Below are positions 1-13,281 of a stretch of 64,000 nucleotides of DNA, one piece after another. The notes under the pieces were generated by a model, which made no database searches, was not told where the DNA came from, and saw only the letters and a program-made list of their open reading frames with translations. Origin of the DNA: an uncultured delta proteobacterium (GTDB lineage: Bacteria; Desulfobacterota; Desulfobacteria; Desulfobacterales; Desulfosalsimonadaceae); NCBI GenBank assembly GCA_963826785.1, contig CAWGYD010000006.1, positions 512,001-576,000 on the forward strand, read 5' to 3'. The position numbers were made by a program, and so were the translations under genes. Position 1 is the first letter of the stretch, and each line of letters starts with the position of its first letter.

Positions 1-302
1 CCGTGCAGGACCTGACGCCGGAGCAGGCCCTGTCCTTTATATACAGGATTAAAAATATCATCGGGCAATCTCTGGCCGGGCGCAAGGATGAAGGCGATAT
101 GCACGCCTATCTATCCGGCATCAATGCCAATGTCGACTCGCTCATGCTCATGGCGGTCAATCTTTACGTGGCGTGCCGGGAAAAAATTTATGCATTGAAA
201 GCCCGCCAGGCCAAAAACGAGGTGCGCCAGCTGCTGATCAAAAAAGGGCTGATGTGCGAGATTCCGGACAGCGACCCGGAAAAGCCGACGGATTTAAAAT
301 AA
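1..302 (+). CDS. 3' part of an RsbRD N-terminal-domain-like protein typically found upstream of dsrM (truncated by window start)
   Basis: Open frame from window edge; QDLTPEQALSFI...NLYVACREKIYALK resembles the small protein preceding dsrM in deltaproteobacteria. Confidence 0.55.
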   Translation, partial: VQDLTPEQALSFIYRIKNIIGQSLAGRKDEGDMHAYLSGINANVDSLMLMAVNLYVACREKIYALKARQAKNEVRQLLIKKGLMCEIPDSDPEKPTDLK

Positions 303-330
303 GCAGTAAAAAGCGCGGAGGCTGCTTTTT

Positions 331-348
331 ACGTGAAAATGATCATAG
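331..348. promoter_or_regulatory. Weak Rex-like operator upstream of dsrM
   Basis: ACGTGAAAATGATCATAG is a partial match (9/14) to TTGTGAAn4TTCACAA; Rex control of dsr genes is known in sulfate reducers. Confidence 0.25.
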
Positions 349-409
349 AAGGGTTTTTAAAGCCTTGGATGAATTTAAAATCCCTTCTGCAGAGTGAACG
401 TAAAATGAG

Positions 410-1413
410 GTGAAGTCAATGAATCTACATTACTTGTTTTCCCTCCTCGCCGTCATCGTTCTCGCGTTATTTGCGTATGTGGGCGTTGAATGGCTGGGGA
501 TGGCGTGGTTTTTCGGAATTGTCATCCCCTACCTGGCACTGGTTGTCTTTGTGGCCGCTTTCATCAACAAGGTCATCAACTGGGCGAAATCCCCGGTGCC
601 CTTCCGGATTCCCACCACCAGCGGCCAGCAGCAGTCCCTGGGATGGATCAAGCAGTCGAGGATCGACAACCCCAGCACCACCGGCGGCGTGATTCTGCGC
701 ATGGCGCTGGAAATCCTGACCTTCCGGTCTTTGTTTAAAAACAGCCGGGTGGAAATCCGGGGGGAAAAACTCTCTTATAAATGGGTGATCTGGCTGTGGC
801 TGTTTGCCATCATCTTCCATTATTCCTTCCTGGTGGTGGTGCTGCGGCACCTGCGGTTTTTTGTTCAGCCGATCCCGGGGTTTGTCACCGCGCTGGAATC
901 CGCAGACGGCTTTCTCCAGGTGGGGCTTCCCGGGCTGTTTGTCTCCGGCCTCCTGCTCCTGGCGGGCGCCACCCTGCTGCTTCTCCGGCGGATCACGCTG
1001 CCCCGGCTCAATTACATTTCCCGGGCGGCCGATTACTTCCCCCTGCTGCTGATCATCACCATTGCCCTGACCGGACTGATGATGCGCTATTTCACCAAGG
1101 TGGACGTGGTGAAGATTAAAGAGTTGACCATGGGCCTGGTGACGTTCCACTGGACGGTTCCTGCGGGCATCGGCGGCTTGTTTTTCGTCCATCTGTTCCT
1201 GGTCAGCATCCTGCTGGCGTACATCCCTTTCAGCAAGCTGATGCACATGGGCGGCGTTTTCTTGAGCCCCACCCGGAACCTGGCCAACAACAGCCGGGCG
1301 AAGCGACATGTGAATCCATGGAATTACCCGGTCAAGACCCATACCTACGAAGAGTATGAGGACGATTTCAGGGAAAAAATGATAGAGGCAGACCTGCCTG
1401 TGGAAAAGGAGTA

Positions 1414-1414
<1 letters not shown>
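410..1414 (+). CDS. dsrM: Sulfate reduction electron transfer complex subunit DsrM (NarI-like cytochrome b); start may be ATG 419
   Basis: Multi-TM protein; FHYSFLVVVLRHLRFF, PFSKLMHMGGVFLSPTRNLANNSRAKRHVNPWN motifs; first gene of MKJOP order. Confidence 0.95.
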
Positions 1415-3033
<1,619 letters not shown>

Positions 3034-3034
<1 letters not shown>

Positions 3035-3420
3035 TGTATGATAAAAACAAGATCATCATCGGATTGATCATCTTTTTTGCAGTGCTCGCGTTCCCGTTCT
3101 GGTACAACCTGGGCGCCGATGTCAAGGCGCCGGAACCGAAGCTTTCTGCAAAAGCCCAACAGGCGAAGACCTGCGTGGCGGACACCGACTATATGCGCAA
3201 GGAGCATATGCAGCTGCTGAATGTATGGCGGACCGAGGTGGTCCGGAATGCCGACCGCGAGTATGTCAATGCGCAAGGCAAGGAATACATGGCCAGCCTT
3301 TCCAATACCTGCATGGACTGCCATGACAACAAGGCCGAATTCTGTGACGAATGTCACAACTACGCTTCGGTCTCGCCGTACTGCTGGGACTGCCATAGAT
3401 ATCCGAAGGAGAAGAAGTGA
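3034..3420 (+). CDS. dsrJ: DsrJ triheme cytochrome c
   Basis: N-terminal membrane anchor; three CxxCH motifs (CMDCH, CDECH, CWDCH); MRKEHM. Confidence 0.95.
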
Positions 3421-4222
3421 TGGAAAACAGCAGAAGAAAATTCCTGAAAGTTGCCGGGGTTTCTGTTCTGGGCGTGAGCACGCTCTCGCTTCTGAACGGC
3501 ATCCGGCCGCATAGTGTCATCGCCCAGGTGCAATCCGGGGGGAAACGGCCGAAGGGCTCTACCGCAAGACGCCGGAAGCGCTCATGGCCAACCGATGGGG
3601 GATGGTGGTGGACACCCGCAAGATGTCCCACCGCATCGCCAGGAAAATGACCGACGCCTGCCACCGGATCCACAACGTACCGGACCATACCAATAAAAAG
3701 CACGAGATCAAGTGGATCTGGGAGACCGAATATAACCACGCCTTTCCCAATGACGAAACCGAATATTTGAAAGAGGACCTGGAAAAGGCTTCCATCCCGG
3801 TGTTGTGCAATCATTGCGCCAACCCGCCCTGTGTGCGGGCATGCCCGACCCAGGCCACCTTTCAGCGGACGGACGGTATCGTGATGATGGACTTCCACCG
3901 GTGCATCGGGTGCCGGTTCTGCATCGCGGCCTGCCCCTTCGGCGCCCGGAGTTTCAATTTCGTGGATCCGGTTCCCGACATCAAGAAAATCAACGAAGAT
4001 TTTCCCACCCGGACGATCGGGGTCGTGGAAAAATGCAATTTCTGCGCCGAGCGGCTGGCCATCGGAAAAGAGCCGGCCTGCGTGGAAGCGTCCCAGGGCG
4101 CCCTGGTGTTCGGCGATCTGAATGATCCTGAGTCCGAGATTCGCAAGCTGCTCAAGGAAAATTTCGCCATCCGCCGAAAACCCGATCTGGGCACTAACCC
4201 GTCAGTCTATTATATCGTGTGA
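3420..4222 (+). CDS. dsrO: DsrO periplasmic Fe-S subunit; frameshift near G-run 3537-3542
   Basis: Tat motif SRRKFLK in 3417 ORF; CNHCANPPCVRACP, CIGCRFCIAACP, KCNFC in 3584 ORF. Confidence 0.92.
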
Positions 4223-4229
4223 GGTTGTC

Positions 4230-5387
4230 ATGCTTGAAAAGGCGTTAAAAGGAAGCAAGACTTACTGGATTTGGATATTTGCGCTGCTGTGCGTCATCGG
4301 TGTGGCCGCCGGATTCTACATGAAGCAGCTGCAAATGGGCCTGGGGATCACGGGCATGAGCCGGGATGTCTCCTGGGGATTTTACATCGCCCAGTTCACT
4401 TTCCTGGTCGGGGTGGCCGCATCGGCCGTTATGCTGGTGATTCCCTATTATCTGCACAATTATAAAGCCTTCGGCCGGATCATGCTGCTGGGGGAATTTC
4501 TGGCCGTCTCCGCGGTGATCATGTGCATCCTGTTCATCGTGGCCGACCTGGGCCAGCCCATGCGGCTGCTCAACGTGCTGCTTTATCCTACGCCCCATTC
4601 CATGCTGTTCTGGGACATGATCGTTTTGTCGGGCTACCTGCTGCTCAACATCGTGATCGGCTGGAACGTCCTGGATGCGGAGCGCAACTCGGTGCCGCCC
4701 CCCCAGTGGGTTAAACCGCTGATCTACTTGTCGGTGCCCTGGGCCATCAGTATTCATACCGTGACCGCGTTTCTGTACTGCGGTCTTCCCGGAAGGGGAT
4801 TCTGGCTCACCGCCATTCTGGCCCCCCGGTTTCTGGCCTCCGCCTTTGCCGCCGGTCCGGCCTTTCTGATCCTGCTGGCCTTCATCGTCAGAAGAATGAC
4901 CCATTTCGATCCGGGCAAGGAGCAGATTCAGACCCTGGCCAAGGTCGTCACCTATGGGGCGCTGGCCAACCTGTTTTTCTTTGCCTGCGAGGTGTTCGTG
5001 GCCCTTTACAGCCAGATTCCGGAGCATACCGCCCATCTGCAGTATCTGTTCATGGGCCTGCACGGGCATAACCTCCTGGTTCCCTGGATGTGGCTGGCCA
5101 TGACGCTGATGGTGACGGCGGCCATCATGATGGTGTTTCCTGCGGTGCGGCACAACGAACGCGTACTCGGGGTGGCCTGCGTCATGATTTTTGTGGGCAT
5201 CTGGCTGGACAAAGGGCTGGGGATGATCGCCGGCGGCTTTATTCCAAACCCGCTGCACGAGATCACCGAATATGCGCCGACGGTTCCCGAGGCCATCATC
5301 ACGGTGGGGATCTACGCCACCGGTCTGCTGGTCCTGACCTTCCTGTACAAGATCATCGTCAGCGTGAAAGAAGAACAGGCGGGATAA
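4230..5387 (+). CDS. dsrP: DsrP NrfD-family membrane subunit
   Basis: MLEKAL start after GAGG; GITGMSRDVSWGFYIAQFTFLVGVAASA; many TM helices. Confidence 0.95.
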   Translation: MLEKALKGSKTYWIWIFALLCVIGVAAGFYMKQLQMGLGITGMSRDVSWGFYIAQFTFLVGVAASAVMLVIPYYLHNYKAFGRIMLLGEFLAVSAVIMCILFIVADLGQPMRLLNVLLYPTPHSMLFWDMIVLSGYLLLNIVIGWNVLDAERNSVPPPQWVKPLIYLSVPWAISIHTVTAFLYCGLPGRGFWLTAILAPRFLASAFAAGPAFLILLAFIVRRMTHFDPGKEQIQTLAKVVTYGALANLFFFACEVFVALYSQIPEHTAHLQYLFMGLHGHNLLVPWMWLAMTLMVTAAIMMVFPAVRHNERVLGVACVMIFVGIWLDKGLGMIAGGFIPNPLHEITEYAPTVPEAIITVGIYATGLLVLTFLYKIIVSVKEEQAG

Positions 5388-5421
5388 GTTTTTCCGCATC
5401 TGTTTGCATTGAAATATGGAC

Positions 5422-5455
5422 GGGGGCATTCGAACCGGAATGCCCCCTCTTTTTT
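5422..5455 (+). terminator. Rho-independent terminator after dsrP
   Basis: GGGGGCATTC-loop-GAATGCCCCC followed by T-run. Confidence 0.8.
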
Positions 5456-5571
5456 AGCGGAAGCGGGTCACCGTCCCCGGCCGAAACCGGCTTGCCGATT
5501 GAACCGGTTTCCGGCGGTGTTTAAGCTGTTACATGACCACCGCGTCTGAATTTGTCAGAAGCTTTTTTCTA

Positions 5572-5599
5572 TTGACAATTTCATCGATTTTAATATACT
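5572..5599 (+). promoter_or_regulatory. Sigma70-type promoter for the rplU operon
   Basis: TTGACA-N16-TATACT. Confidence 0.6.
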
Positions 5600-5644
5600 T
5601 TTTGGGTTTATTGAAAAGTGATCGACCAAATGGAGGGTGAACAC

Positions 5645-5959
5645 ATGTATGCTGTAGTCGCAACAGGCGGAAAACAATATAAGGTATCCGAAGGCGACGT
5701 GCTGCGGATCGAGAAGATCGACGGAATCGTCGGTGATGCGGTGACCTTTGACCGTGTCCTGATGATTGCCGACGGTGATCAGCTCACGCTTGGGCAGCCG
5801 GTGGTGGAAAACGCCGCGGTAAATGCACAGATCGTGGAACAGGACAAAAGCAAGAAGATCCTGGTGTTCAAGTACAAACGCCGCAAGCGGTACCGCCGGA
5901 AACAGGGGCATCGCCAGCCCTATACCGCGGTAAAGATCGACGGTATTGTGAACGCATAA
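5645..5959 (+). CDS. rplU: 50S ribosomal protein L21
   Basis: MYAVVATGGKQYKV...KQGHRQPYT; GGAGG upstream. Confidence 0.98.
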   Translation: MYAVVATGGKQYKVSEGDVLRIEKIDGIVGDAVTFDRVLMIADGDQLTLGQPVVENAAVNAQIVEQDKSKKILVFKYKRRKRYRRKQGHRQPYTAVKIDGIVNA

Positions 5960-6050
5960 TTGACCGTTCTCAATTGGTAATTGATCATTGGGAATGATCG
6001 AGTAACCGTTAAACAGCAAAAAATTTGTCTCAATATAAGGAGCACAGACC

Positions 6051-6305
6051 ATGGCACACAAGAAAGCCGGGGGCAGTTCAAAGAACGGCCGGGACAGCAA
6101 TGCCCAGCGCCGGGGCGTCAAGCGCTACGGCGGAGAAAATGTGAAAGCCGGAAACATTCTGGTACGCCAGGTGGGGACGCGGATTCATCCGGGCGTAAAC
6201 GTCGGCATGGGAAAGGATTTCACCCTTTTTGCCACCATAGACGGGGTGGTTTCCTATGAGCGCTACGGCCGCACCAAGAAAAAAGTCAGTGTATATGCCG
6301 CGTGA
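6051..6305 (+). CDS. rpmA: 50S ribosomal protein L27
   Basis: [16 protein letters not shown]...GNILVRQ. Confidence 0.98.
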   Translation: MAHKKAGGSSKNGRDSNAQRRGVKRYGGENVKAGNILVRQVGTRIHPGVNVGMGKDFTLFATIDGVVSYERYGRTKKKVSVYAA

Positions 6306-7311
6306 AATTCATTGATGAAGCGATCATTACCGTCAGTTCAGGTGACGGCGGGCGGGGATGCGTCAGCTTCAGACGTGAAAAATACATCCCCCGCGGTGGA
6401 CCCGACGGCGGCGACGGCGGTCGCGGCGGCGACATCATCTTCAGGACCACTTCCCGGAAACGCACCCTAAATCAGTTCAGAAACAAAAAGCTCTTCAAGG
6501 CCGAAAACGGCGGGCATGGGCAGGGCCGCCAGAGGACCGGAAAAAGCGGAGAAGATCTGATCATCGATGTTCCGCTGGGCACTCTCATTCGAAACGCGGA
6601 AACCGATGAAGTGATCCGGGACTGTGTGACGGACGGAGAAATGTTTACCGTTGCCACCGGCGGCATCGGCGGCAAGGGGAACAAGCATTTCACCTCCTCC
6701 ACACATCGCGCCCCCAGATTCGCCCAGCCGGGCATGCCCGGCGAAACCTTCGTACTGGCCCTCGATTTAAAGCTCATTGCAGATGTAGGGATCATCGGCC
6801 TTCCCAATGCCGGCAAATCCACGCTGATCAGCCGGATTTCCTCCGCCCGCCCCAAAATCGCAGATTATCCTTTCACCACGCTAAACCCCGTTCTCGGGGT
6901 GGTTTCCCCGGGCTTCGGAGAGCCGTTCGTGGTGGCCGATATTCCCGGTTTGATTGAAGGCGCACACCTGGGCGCGGGACTGGGGACCAAGTTCCTGCGG
7001 CATATCGAAAGAACCCGTATCCTGCTTCATGTGATCGACGCCTCCGCCATCGACCCCGAAGACCCGCTGTCCTCTTACCGGGCCATCAATGCCGAACTGG
7101 CCGGGTTTTCCCCCTCGCTGCTGGAAAAGCGCCAGATCCTGGTGTTAAACAAGCTCGACGTGCCGGATGCCTCCTCCCGGGCCGATCTGTTTGAACAGCA
7201 ATGTAAATCGCCGGCGTTTCGGATCTCCGCCTGGACCGGGGACGGCATCGATCAACTGGTGGAAAAATTTACCAGATCATCTCGGATACCGGAAACTCCC
7301 ATGAGCATTGA
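6302..7311 (+). CDS. obgE: GTPase ObgE; reads into proB as given, likely true stop TGA 7309-7311
   Basis: [33 protein letters not shown]; adding one A to the run at 7263-7267 gives [17 protein letters not shown]. Confidence 0.93.
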
Positions 7312-8443
7312 TCGCAAGGCGTATTTCGCCGGTATGCGGCGGGTGGTCATCAAGGTGGGCAGCGGCGTGCTCACTGCGGCAGACGGCCTGAACCTGTCCG
7401 TCATCGGGGCGCTGTCTTCCCAGATCAGCTCGCTCATGGAAAAGGGCCTGGAAATCCTGCTGGTCTCCTCCGGGGCCATGGCCTCAGGGCAGAAGAAGAT
7501 CGGCCTGGCCAAACGGCCCGATGAGATTCCCAAACGCCAGGCCGTTGCCGCGGTCGGACAGGCCGGCCTGATCCTGGAATACGAATTGGCGTTTGCCGGA
7601 TACAACCGGAAAGTCGCCCAGATCCTGTTGACCAGCGAGGACCTGGCCGGCAGCCGCCGCCGGTACTTGAATGCCCGCAATACCCTGCATACCCTGCTGT
7701 CCTGGAAGGTGGTGCCGGTCATCAACGAAAATGACACGGTGGTGGTGGAGGAAATCAAGTTCGGGGACAACGACAACCTGTCCGCCATGATCACCCTGCT
7801 CATGGATGCACAGCTGCTGATCAATCTGACCGACATTGACGGCCTTTACACCAAAGATCCCCGTCAGCACACGGATGCCGAGCGTATCGAGGAGATCGGC
7901 GATATCAGCAAAAGCATCGAAAAATACGCCAGCGACATCCCCGGCGCTTTAGGGACCGGCGGGATGCTCAGCAAGGTGAGGGCGGCCCGGAAAGTGACCA
8001 GCGCCGGCATTCCCATGATCATTGCCAACGGAAAAGACCTGCACATCCTGGAAAAACTCTTCGCCGGGGAGCAGATCGGGACGCTGTTTAAACCGGCCAA
8101 GGAAAAAATGTCCAACCGGAAATGCTGGATCGGGTTTACCTTGAAACCCAAAGGGACCATCCGCATCGACGCGGGCGCCGCGCGCGCCATCGTGGAAAAG
8201 GGCAAGAGCCTGCTTTCCGGCGGCATCCAGGAAGTGGCCGGGGAATTCGGGGTCGGCGCGCCGGTGGAACTCACCGACGGGACCGACGCCCGCCTGGGCG
8301 TGGGGCTGGTGAACTACAGCGCGACCGACATCCGGAAAATCATGGGGCTGCACACCAGCCGGATCGCCGAAAAGCTGGGGTACAAGCCCTATGATGAAGT
8401 CATCCACCGGGACAATTTGACCGTCTTTAACCAGTGTCTATGA
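7301..8443 (+). CDS. proB: Glutamate 5-kinase
   Basis: [39 protein letters not shown]-terminal PUA domain. Confidence 0.95.
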   Translation: MSIDRKAYFAGMRRVVIKVGSGVLTAADGLNLSVIGALSSQISSLMEKGLEILLVSSGAMASGQKKIGLAKRPDEIPKRQAVAAVGQAGLILEYELAFAGYNRKVAQILLTSEDLAGSRRRYLNARNTLHTLLSWKVVPVINENDTVVVEEIKFGDNDNLSAMITLLMDAQLLINLTDIDGLYTKDPRQHTDAERIEEIGDISKSIEKYASDIPGALGTGGMLSKVRAARKVTSAGIPMIIANGKDLHILEKLFAGEQIGTLFKPAKEKMSNRKCWIGFTLKPKGTIRIDAGAARAIVEKGKSLLSGGIQEVAGEFGVGAPVELTDGTDARLGVGLVNYSATDIRKIMGLHTSRIAEKLGYKPYDEVIHRDNLTVFNQCL

Positions 8444-8462
8444 TGTAGAAGGAGAAACCCGC

Positions 8463-9719
8463 ATGAGCATCGAATCCACCATTGTTGACATCGCCAAATC
8501 CGCCCGGGCGGTTTGCAGCCCGATGGCCCGGTGCGAGTCGGAAAAAAAGAATGCGGCGCTGCACAATATTGCCGCTCAGCTTCTGCTCGATGCCGCTTTA
8601 ATCAAGGCGGAGAATGAAAAAGACCTGGACCTGGCCGGAAAAAACGGCCTATCCGATGCCATGATCGACCGGCTGCGGGTGACCGACCAGACCATCACCG
8701 ACATGTCCAATGGCGTCCTTGAAATCGCCGCTCAGGAAGATCCCGTCGGCACCCGGGAAGGCTCCCGGATCCGGCCCAACGGCCTGGAAGTCTCCCGCAT
8801 GCGCATTCCGCTGGGGGTGATCGGCATCATCTACGAATCGAGGCCCAATGTCACCATCGATGCGGCCGCCCTGTGCCTCAAAGCCGGCAATGCCGTGATC
8901 CTGCGCGGGGGCTCCGAAGCCTTCAATTCCAACCAGGCCCTGGCGGCCGTGATTTCAACGGCCCTGAAACAATCCGGACTGCCGGAAAAAGCGGTCCAGA
9001 TCGTGCCGGTCCGGGACCGTGAAGCCGTGCATGTGCTGTTGAAGCAGGAGGAATATGTCGATCTCATCATTCCCCGGGGCGGCGAAGGGCTGATCCGGTT
9101 CGTGGTGGAAAATTCCAAGATCCCGGTGCTCAAACATTACAAAGGGGTGTGCCACGTGTTCGTGGATGCTTCGGCGGATCTGGCCATGGCCGAAGCGATC
9201 TGCTTTAATTCCAAGGTCCAGCGGCCGGGGGTCTGCAATGCCATGGAAACCCTGCTGGTCCATGCCGGGACGGCAGCGGCGTTTCTGCCGAATATGGCCC
9301 GGCGGTTTTTTGCCGCCGGCGTGGAGATCCGGGGGTGCGAAAAGACGCGCAGCCTGGTTCCCGAGGCCAAAGCCGCCACCGAGGAAGACTGGCATGCCGA
9401 ATACCTGGACCTGACCCTGGCGGTAAAGGTGGTCGATTCCATGGAAGCGGCCATCGCCCACATGGAAACCTACGGCTCCAAGCACACCGAGGCCATTGTC
9501 ACCACCGACTACGAGCGCTCTCGACGATTCCTGCGCGAGGTGGATTCTTCGGTGGTGCTGGTCAACGCCTCTACCCGGTTCAATGACGGCGGGCAGCTGG
9601 GGCTGGGGGCGGAAATGGGGATCAGCACTTCCAAGCTCCACGCATTCGGCCCCATGGGGGTCAAGGAGTTGACCACCACCAAGTTCGTCGTGTGCGGAAA
9701 CGGCCAGATCCGGACATGA
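8463..9719 (+). CDS. proA: Glutamate-5-semialdehyde dehydrogenase
   Basis: [39 protein letters not shown]. Confidence 0.97.
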   Translation: MSIESTIVDIAKSARAVCSPMARCESEKKNAALHNIAAQLLLDAALIKAENEKDLDLAGKNGLSDAMIDRLRVTDQTITDMSNGVLEIAAQEDPVGTREGSRIRPNGLEVSRMRIPLGVIGIIYESRPNVTIDAAALCLKAGNAVILRGGSEAFNSNQALAAVISTALKQSGLPEKAVQIVPVRDREAVHVLLKQEEYVDLIIPRGGEGLIRFVVENSKIPVLKHYKGVCHVFVDASADLAMAEAICFNSKVQRPGVCNAMETLLVHAGTAAAFLPNMARRFFAAGVEIRGCEKTRSLVPEAKAATEEDWHAEYLDLTLAVKVVDSMEAAIAHMETYGSKHTEAIVTTDYERSRRFLREVDSSVVLVNASTRFNDGGQLGLGAEMGISTSKLHAFGPMGVKELTTTKFVVCGNGQIRT

Positions 9720-9741
9720 CATTAAACGCGCAGGAGTCTGA

Positions 9742-10425
9742 TTGAAAGCGACAGCGCTTTTCGGCGGAACATTCAACCCGATTCACCTGGGCCACCTGCG
9801 GGTGGCGGAGGAAGTCCGGGCGGGATTCGCCCTGGACGAAATCCGGTTTATCCCGTCGGCCCTGCCCCCCCACAAGCAAACCGGTGATCTGGCCGATGCG
9901 CAGGACCGGTACCACATGATGACGGCGGCCACGGCCGGCAATCCGGGTTTTGTCGTCTCCGACATCGAGATTGAGCGAAAAGGCCGATCCTACACCATCG
10001 ATACCGTGCGCCACGTGAAGGGCCTTTTTCCCCCATCCGTCACCGCTTATCTCATCGTCGGCATCGACGCCTTTCTGGAAATCGAAACCTGGAAGGATTA
10101 CGCGGAACTGTTTGATCTGATCGCCTTCATCGTGATCTCCCGCGGGGCCCATGGCGGCGCCTTGTCCGACCGGCGGGAAGAACTTGCCGACTATATCCAT
10201 GCCCACGTGGACGGCAAATACCGGTTTTGTGTCGACGGCAGCCGATTCGTCCATGCCCGCAGGCAGCCGATCTGTCTTTTCGATGTCACCGCCCTGGCCA
10301 TTTCATCCACTTCCATCCGGAATCTGGTCCGCAAAGGGGCCTCCATCAAGTACCTGGTCCCGGATCCGGTGGAAACCTATATTTATGAAAAAGGACTCTA
10401 TGCCCATGACTCACGACGACCTTGA
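9742..10425 (+). CDS. nadD: Nicotinate-nucleotide adenylyltransferase (TTG start)
   Basis: FGGTFNPIHLGH, PPHK, SYTIDT, ISSTSIR. Confidence 0.95.
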   Translation: MKATALFGGTFNPIHLGHLRVAEEVRAGFALDEIRFIPSALPPHKQTGDLADAQDRYHMMTAATAGNPGFVVSDIEIERKGRSYTIDTVRHVKGLFPPSVTAYLIVGIDAFLEIETWKDYAELFDLIAFIVISRGAHGGALSDRREELADYIHAHVDGKYRFCVDGSRFVHARRQPICLFDVTALAISSTSIRNLVRKGASIKYLVPDPVETYIYEKGLYAHDSRRP

Positions 10426-10803
10426 TCCTTCCCTGGGTCTTTTCATCAGGGCCGCCAGCGGAAGAAAAGCGTCCGACCTGGTGGCGCTGGATGTTTCAAC
10501 CCTCTCCTCCCTTGCGGATGTGTTTATCATCTGCAGCGGCAATTCCAACCGGCAGGTATCGGCCATCGGGGAATACATCCGGACCGAATTGAAAAAGGAC
10601 GGCATTCGGCCCATCAGCGTGGAGGGCCTGCAGGATGGGCAATGGGTGCTGCTCGACTACGGGTATGTCGTGATCCATGTTTTCTATGAACCGGTGCGGT
10701 ATTTCTACGACCTGGAAGGCCTGTGGCGCGATGCGCCCCGTATTTCCGTGGATGCCTATATCGAATCTGCGCCGGAAGCCGACAAAGGGGCGCCGGTGCC
10801 TGA
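10400..10803 (+). CDS. rsfS: Ribosome silencing factor; reads into gpmI as given, likely true stop TGA 10801-10803
   Basis: KASDLVALDV, FIICSGNSNRQV, WVLLDYGYVVIHVF, RYFYDLEGLW. Confidence 0.9.
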
Positions 10804-12349
10804 ACCGATTGAAGGCGGTCCCTTTGTGCTGATGATCCTGGATGGCTGGGGCATCGCCACCCCGGAAAGCGGCAATGCCATATCCATGGCCGACACGCCT
10901 TTTCTCAAGCGGCTCCTGTCAACATATCCGCATACCACCCTGGCCTGTTCGGGGGAGGCGGTGGGCCTGCCCAAGGGGGTGATGGGCAATTCCGAGGTGG
11001 GGCATTTAAACATCGGGGCCGGCCGGGTGGTCTACCAGGTGCTGCTGCGCATCGACCGCGCCATTGCCGACGGCACCTTCTTTGAAAATCCGGCCCTTTC
11101 TTCCGCCATGGATACCGTCAAAGAGCGGGGTTCGGCCCTTCATCTCATGGGGCTGGTCTCGGACGCGGGGGTCCACAGCCAGATCGATCACCTGTTTGCG
11201 CTGCTGGATATGGCCCGGGAAAAAGGGGTGTCGGAGGTCTATGTGCATCCCATTCTGGATGGCCGGGATACGCCGCCCGACAGCGGCATCGGTTATGTGA
11301 AGGCGCTCAAAACCTTCCTGGAAGAACACGCATGCGGCAGGATCGCCACCCTTTGCGGCCGCTATTATGCCATGGACCGCGATACCCGGTGGGACCGCAC
11401 CCGAAGGGCGTACCGGCTCTATACCGTGGGGGAGGGGATTGCCGAAACCGATCCGGTCGCGGCGGTGCAGCACGCCTATGACCGGGGGGAATCCGATGAG
11501 TTTGTCCAGCCGGTGATCATGATGGATAATGCCGGGTCCCCGGTAAAGACCATTGCCGATGATGATGCGGTGATCTTTTTCAATTTCCGGCCCGATCGTG
11601 CCCGCCAGATCACCCGGGCATTTACCCAGGCGGATTTTGAGCCTTTTGCCCGGGAAAAAATATTGGATCTGGCCGATTTTGTCTGCATGGCCCAGTACGA
11701 TGAAACATTTACCTTGCCGGTGGCGTTTCCCCCGGCGCACCTGGAAAAGATCCTTGGCGAGGTGATCAGCGAAAAGGGATTTCACCAGCTCCGCATCGCC
11801 GAAACCGAGAAATACGCCCATGTGACGTATTTCTTGAACGGCGGGGAGGAAACCCAGTTTCCCCATGAGGACCGCCACCTGGTCCCCTCTCCCCGGGAGG
11901 TGGCCACCTATGATCAGAAACCGGAGATGAGCGCATACGAAGTGGCGGACCAGGCAGCCGCCTTTATCAAATCCGGCAGATATCATCTGATCGTCATCAA
12001 TTTCGCCAACCTGGACATGGTGGGGCATACCGGGGATTTCGATGCGGCGGTCCGGGCCTGTGAGGCGGTGGATCGATGCGTTGAAAAGGTGGTGACCGCC
12101 GCGCTGGAAAAGGGCGGAACCGTCATGGTCACCGCAGACCACGGCAATGCCGAAAAAATGCGGGAAGAAAACGGGCAGATGCACACGGCCCACACCCAGA
12201 ACGCCGTCCCTTTCGTCCTGGTGGGACCGGAGGCCAATCAAATCCGGCTGAAGCCGGGCGTGCTGGGGGACATCGCCCCCACCCTGCTGGAACTCATGGG
12301 GATCGAAAAGCCCGCCCAGATGACGGGGCGCTCTTTGATCGAACATTAG
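10796..12349 (+). CDS. gpmI: 2,3-bisphosphoglycerate-independent phosphoglycerate mutase
   Basis: LMILDGWG, MGNSEVGH, ETEKYAHVT, DMVGHTG, TADHGNAE; GTG start after AAAGGGG. Confidence 0.95.
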   Translation: MPEPIEGGPFVLMILDGWGIATPESGNAISMADTPFLKRLLSTYPHTTLACSGEAVGLPKGVMGNSEVGHLNIGAGRVVYQVLLRIDRAIADGTFFENPALSSAMDTVKERGSALHLMGLVSDAGVHSQIDHLFALLDMAREKGVSEVYVHPILDGRDTPPDSGIGYVKALKTFLEEHACGRIATLCGRYYAMDRDTRWDRTRRAYRLYTVGEGIAETDPVAAVQHAYDRGESDEFVQPVIMMDNAGSPVKTIADDDAVIFFNFRPDRARQITRAFTQADFEPFAREKILDLADFVCMAQYDETFTLPVAFPPAHLEKILGEVISEKGFHQLRIAETEKYAHVTYFLNGGEETQFPHEDRHLVPSPREVATYDQKPEMSAYEVADQAAAFIKSGRYHLIVINFANLDMVGHTGDFDAAVRACEAVDRCVEKVVTAALEKGGTVMVTADHGNAEKMREENGQMHTAHTQNAVPFVLVGPEANQIRLKPGVLGDIAPTLLELMGIEKPAQMTGRSLIEH

Positions 12350-12442
12350 CTGGCGGGCACTGGTTAACTTTCCGGCTTGGAAGATTATGATGCCATTTGC
12401 GTATCCGCAGGTGAAAAGCCGGCGGAAAAGGATCAGGCAGAT

Positions 12443-12998
12443 ATGACGACAGATCACCCCTTGGAAGAGACGCTCATTGATTTTATCACCGGCAAAACCG
12501 TGGCCAATATCGGTGCGGAGGCGCATCGCCAAAAGGTGGAGCGGTTTTTGGTGGAGCAAAAAGGGTATGAAAAGTCCGACATCGGCGTGGATGTGGATGT
12601 CGAGCTTTGCATGGAAGACCAGATCTATCGGACCCAGCTGGATCTGGTGGTAAAGGTTGACGGTCTCGCATTTATGGTGCTAAAGTGTGCGGCAGGCTCT
12701 TTGGAATCCAGGGAAAAGGAAATCGTGTCTGCCGCCCGGGTGGCATGCGATCAAGCCGGTTCCCTTTGCCACAGCCACAGACGGTGATACCGCCCTGATC
12801 TGGGATGCGGCCTCGGGAAAAAAAACGGGTGAGCGGCTCGAACAGATACCCTCGAAATCAGAGGCGGCCGAATTCCTGTTAAAGGCGGACCCCATCGAAA
12901 TTCCGCCGGACCGGAGGGAAAAGGCAAAAATCATCTTCCGCTCCTATGACAGCATGAATGAAAATGTGCAGCGGAAACATCAGGCGCCTTCCGGATAA
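12443..12998 (+). CDS. Stand-alone HsdR-N-like (type I restriction enzyme R N-terminal) domain protein; frameshift ~12745-12752
   Basis: DFITGKTVANIGAEAHRQKVERFLVEQKGY, LKCAAGSLESREKE, continuing PFATATDG in next frame. Confidence 0.6.
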
Positions 12999-13029
12999 CC
13001 CATGAACCCGCCTGATGGCATGGGGTTGA

Positions 13030-13281
13030 ATGAATCGTTTAGACACACAGAAGAGCGCCATTGAACTGATTTATGTGCTGATCACAGCCATCAATAACAC
13101 CCGCCTGTATCCGCCCACCAGTGACCTGATTTTAAATGTCGTCAAACGGATTGAAACCCTCCTTCGCCTGATCTACACCCATACCGACGTCATCGAATAC
13201 GGTGAATCGGATAAGACCCTGCTGGTTCAGGGGGAGCCCGTCCCCGAAATTGTTTTTACTCAACGGAGGCATCATGGATAA
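13030..13281 (+). CDS. Short hypothetical protein, possibly the N-terminal remnant of a larger HEAT-repeat-type protein
   Basis: AINNTRLYPPTS...EYGESDKTLLVQG looks like a domain start; frame ends on overlap with next gene. Confidence 0.35.
   Translation: MNRLDTQKSAIELIYVLITAINNTRLYPPTSDLILNVVKRIETLLRLIYTHTDVIEYGESDKTLLVQGEPVPEIVFTQRRHHG

Noticed and set aside
6302..8443. Apparent ObgE-ProB fusion protein (713 aa)
   Set aside because: One extra A in the run at 7263-7267 gives a normal-looking ObgE end with TGA overlapping the proB start; the window has many such indels
10400..12349. Apparent RsfS-GpmI fusion
   Set aside because: One extra base in AAAGGGG (~10784-10790) ends rsfS at a GTGCCTGA start/stop overlap with an RBS in front of gpmI; likely artefact, though unproven without reads
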